From contig JAUZRK010000010.1 in assembly GCA_030950485.1 (NCBI GenBank), positions 2,043 through 66,042 on the forward strand: DNA of 64,000 nucleotides. The letters are read 5' to 3'. Position 1 is the stretch's first letter. Every line of letters starts with the position of its first letter. Below are positions 61,885-64,000 of the stretch, in pieces. Made by a program: the position numbers and the translations under genes. Below the pieces are notes generated by a model that saw nothing but the letters and a program-made list of their open reading frames with translations, searched no databases and was not told the DNA's origin. The stretch comes from Candidatus Dojkabacteria bacterium (GTDB lineage: Bacteria; Patescibacteriota; Dojkabacteria; J137).

Positions 61885-62571
61885 ATGAATATAAAATCTA
61901 AAAACAAAATAATAATTTTTTCTCATGGCTTTGGTATCCAGAAAGATAACTTAGGATTATTTACTTTTATAGCAGAGAAAATAGAGAAATTAGGAATGAA
62001 ATCTGTTCTATTTGATTACTACGAATATAATGCAGAAACAAAGGAAATCTTTTCAACGGCATTTTCAGAGCAAGCTGTTAAACTACAAAATAAAATTGAT
62101 AGTGTAAGCGCGAATAACCCTGATTCAGAAATAATAATTATTGCACAATCACAAGGAAGCATTATCCCAACTTTATGTGATGTAAAGAATATTTCAAAGA
62201 TCATTGGAATATCACCTTTCTTTATGACTGATCGTGAAAGTGTACACCAACGGTATGCTTCAAGAGCTGGAAACAGTGCTCCAGACTTTGACGGAGTATC
62301 AAAACGAAAGCACTCAAATGGACAAACAACTGTAATACCTGAAAAATATTGGCAAGAGAGATTTAATTCTAAACAGGAATCTCAATATAGTGAGCTAGGT
62401 ACAAAGACTTCGCTAGTATTAATTTATGGTTCTGAAGATGGCCTTGTTGAAAGTGCAGATCTTACAAAAGTAGATAACTGTAAATTGATAGAACTACCAG
62501 GTAATCATGATTTTACTGGAGAAAGTAGAGATAGTCTTTACAATGAGGTGTTAAAAGAGTTGACTCAGTAA
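61885..62571 (+). CDS. Alpha/beta hydrolase
   Basis: FSHGFG, AQSQG elbow, G.ED, G.HDF. Confidence 0.78.
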   Translation: MNIKSKNKIIIFSHGFGIQKDNLGLFTFIAEKIEKLGMKSVLFDYYEYNAETKEIFSTAFSEQAVKLQNKIDSVSANNPDSEIIIIAQSQGSIIPTLCDVKNISKIIGISPFFMTDRESVHQRYASRAGNSAPDFDGVSKRKHSNGQTTVIPEKYWQERFNSKQESQYSELGTKTSLVLIYGSEDGLVESADLTKVDNCKLIELPGNHDFTGESRDSLYNEVLKELTQ

Positions 62572-62584
62572 CAATAATAGAAAC

Positions 62585-63091
62585 CTAGTTATATTTCGAA
62601 AAAAGCATAATCACTTCTCTTAAAATTTTTATTCTATTTTGAAAATCTAATCTAAACTCTTTAGAAAGTTCAATCTGAACTCCTTTAATTTCTAGCCCAT
62701 TATTCATCATATGTGTTATTGTTCTTTCCCCTGCAACAAAGTGCTCATTAATTTTATAACTAATAGAATTATAATCTAGAAAAACATTGATTTCTTCTAG
62801 ATTATAAACAACTCCTGCAGTCCCAATTTCTAAATCACATCCATGATCATCTGTCATTCCATGAAGATCAAAGTTATATTCCTGTCCAATGTTTATTTTA
62901 GTTCGGTATCTCGATATACGATGATAATTTGGATCAATAATTGATCGCTTATTTGGGATAAACTTAATTCCTTTTTCTTTTGATAGTTCCTTTCCAATCT
63001 CGAATAATCCTACTTCATTTTTATGAATCTGGGGAATAAAGTTTTTTAGTCGTAAGGTTTTTATTGTATGTGGAGCTGTAATTAAAATCAT
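62585..63091 (-). CDS. N-formylglutamate amidohydrolase-like / Zn-exopeptidase-fold protein
   Basis: ITAPH, DPN, DLHGM, EIGT, VQIELS..FR. Confidence 0.55.
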   Translation of the reverse strand: MILITAPHTIKTLRLKNFIPQIHKNEVGLFEIGKELSKEKGIKFIPNKRSIIDPNYHRISRYRTKINIGQEYNFDLHGMTDDHGCDLEIGTAGVVYNLEEINVFLDYNSISYKINEHFVAGERTITHMMNNGLEIKGVQIELSKEFRLDFQNRIKILREVIMLFSKYN

Positions 63092-63136
63092 CAGTAATAT
63101 TATAGTAGAATATAGAATACTTATAAAAAGATAAAA

Positions 63137-63665
63137 ATGACTAACTTAGAGAAAAAGCTAGAACTGCAGCTAAAGAGATGGTTAACACCAAAGGCTGAAT
63201 CATATACATCACCTAAACATGAGCTAGGAATTAGGGCTATTGAAAAAATTAGTAAAGGTGAGGATGTATTAGTTTACGGTGGCGTAATCATACATCTAGA
63301 TGAAGCTCAAGAATACTGGCGATTGATGGGACATACAGGCACTCAGATTGATGATACATTTTTATTGTACCTACAAATAGAGAAGAGATTAAAAAAACAG
63401 GGACTATAAATCATTCATGTAATCCAAATACTGGATTTAAAGCTCAGATACAACTTCTAGCTATAAAAGATATAGAAATTGGAGAGGAAATAACACTTGA
63501 CTATGCATTTTGTGAATCCTCCCATCCTATGAATTTTCAATGTAGCTGTAATGAACAAGATTGTAGAGGTAACGTTACAAATAATGACTGGAAAATACCA
63601 GGTTTACAGAAAAATATGGAGAGTATTTTTCTCCTTATTTAAAAAGAAAAATTAAGAATAGCTAA
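63137..63665 (+). pseudogene. SET-domain protein with post-SET cysteines; two homopolymer frameshifts (~63360 and ~63612)
   Basis: G..A...I.KGE in the first ORF; the other frame gives INHSCNPN, A.KDI..GEEIT.DY, FQCSC...CRG. Confidence 0.8.
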
Positions 63666-63705
63666 TAGATATATTATAAATAAATATTCATAAAGGCCTC
63701 ATTTT

Positions 63706-64000
63706 ATGAGAATTATAAATCATAATAGAATATCTTTAACTGCTTACTATACATCATATGTATACTCTAGAAGCTCAGGAAATACTGCTATATATAAGAC
63801 TTTTAGAGGGGCAGTTTTATACTATATATTAATGATTCCAAATTTAATTTCTCTACTCATACTCAAAACCAACCTAAACAGATTATTATCTGCAAGTCAC
63901 AGATTAATTCTAGAAGAGTGTATTAAAACAATAGAAGTAAATAATATAAAACAAATTATAGAAATTGGGTCAGGTTTTAGTGACTTTAGCATTATTTTAA
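63706..64000 (+). CDS. Class I SAM-dependent methyltransferase (LCM-like), 3' end outside the window
   Basis: ISLTAYYT..V and QIIEIGSGFS (motif I); frame open to the window end. Confidence 0.65.
   Translation, partial: MRIINHNRISLTAYYTSYVYSRSSGNTAIYKTFRGAVLYYILMIPNLISLLILKTNLNRLLSASHRLILEECIKTIEVNNIKQIIEIGSGFSDFSIIL

Noticed and set aside
1-64000. Stop-codon reassignment as the explanation for in-frame stops
   Set aside because: The internal stops are a mix of TAG and TAA, while TAA, TAG and TGA all terminate genes at expected positions; core genes have no internal stops
61685-64000. Integrative element at tRNA-Ser
   Set aside because: No integrase and no duplicated tRNA 3' end within the window

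Overview
Low-GC, gene-dense bacterial chromosomal segment read in genetic code 11. Gene content points by inference to Patescibacteria/CPR, probably Candidatus Dojkabacteria-like: ATP-dependent DNA ligase, EF-P with an Arg loop, short Mfd, many membrane-anchored Cys-rich, cohesin, Ig and pilin proteins, and few Shine-Dalgarno sites. Intact housekeeping genes are mfd (3' end), leuS, truB, rsmA, murJ, pnp, pepF, cysS, cmk, an RluA-family synthase, sufC, lig, efp, mraZ-rsmH-ftsL-ftsI, a polyprenyl synthase and tRNA-Ser(GGA). Main observations: (1) a ~5.6 kb accessory island (10.2-15.8 kb) with a GNAT, a tandem-GAF sensor, a divergent DDxxD/NDxxD isoprenoid-synthase-like gene, a hidden HExxH metallopeptidase and two XRE-HTH+GAF regulators with near-identical HTHs but divergent GAFs, a candidate small-molecule signalling module that is now decaying; (2) orphan copies of about six short repeat families clustered in intergenic hot spots; (3) modular surface proteins sharing an N-terminal Cys module or carrying LPxT-type C-terminal signals; (4) a candidate leaderless Phe/Leu leader peptide before leuS and a structured pnp leader; (5) nonsense and frameshift lesions restricted to accessory genes. 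No CRISPR array, rRNA, transposase or reverse transcriptase was seen.
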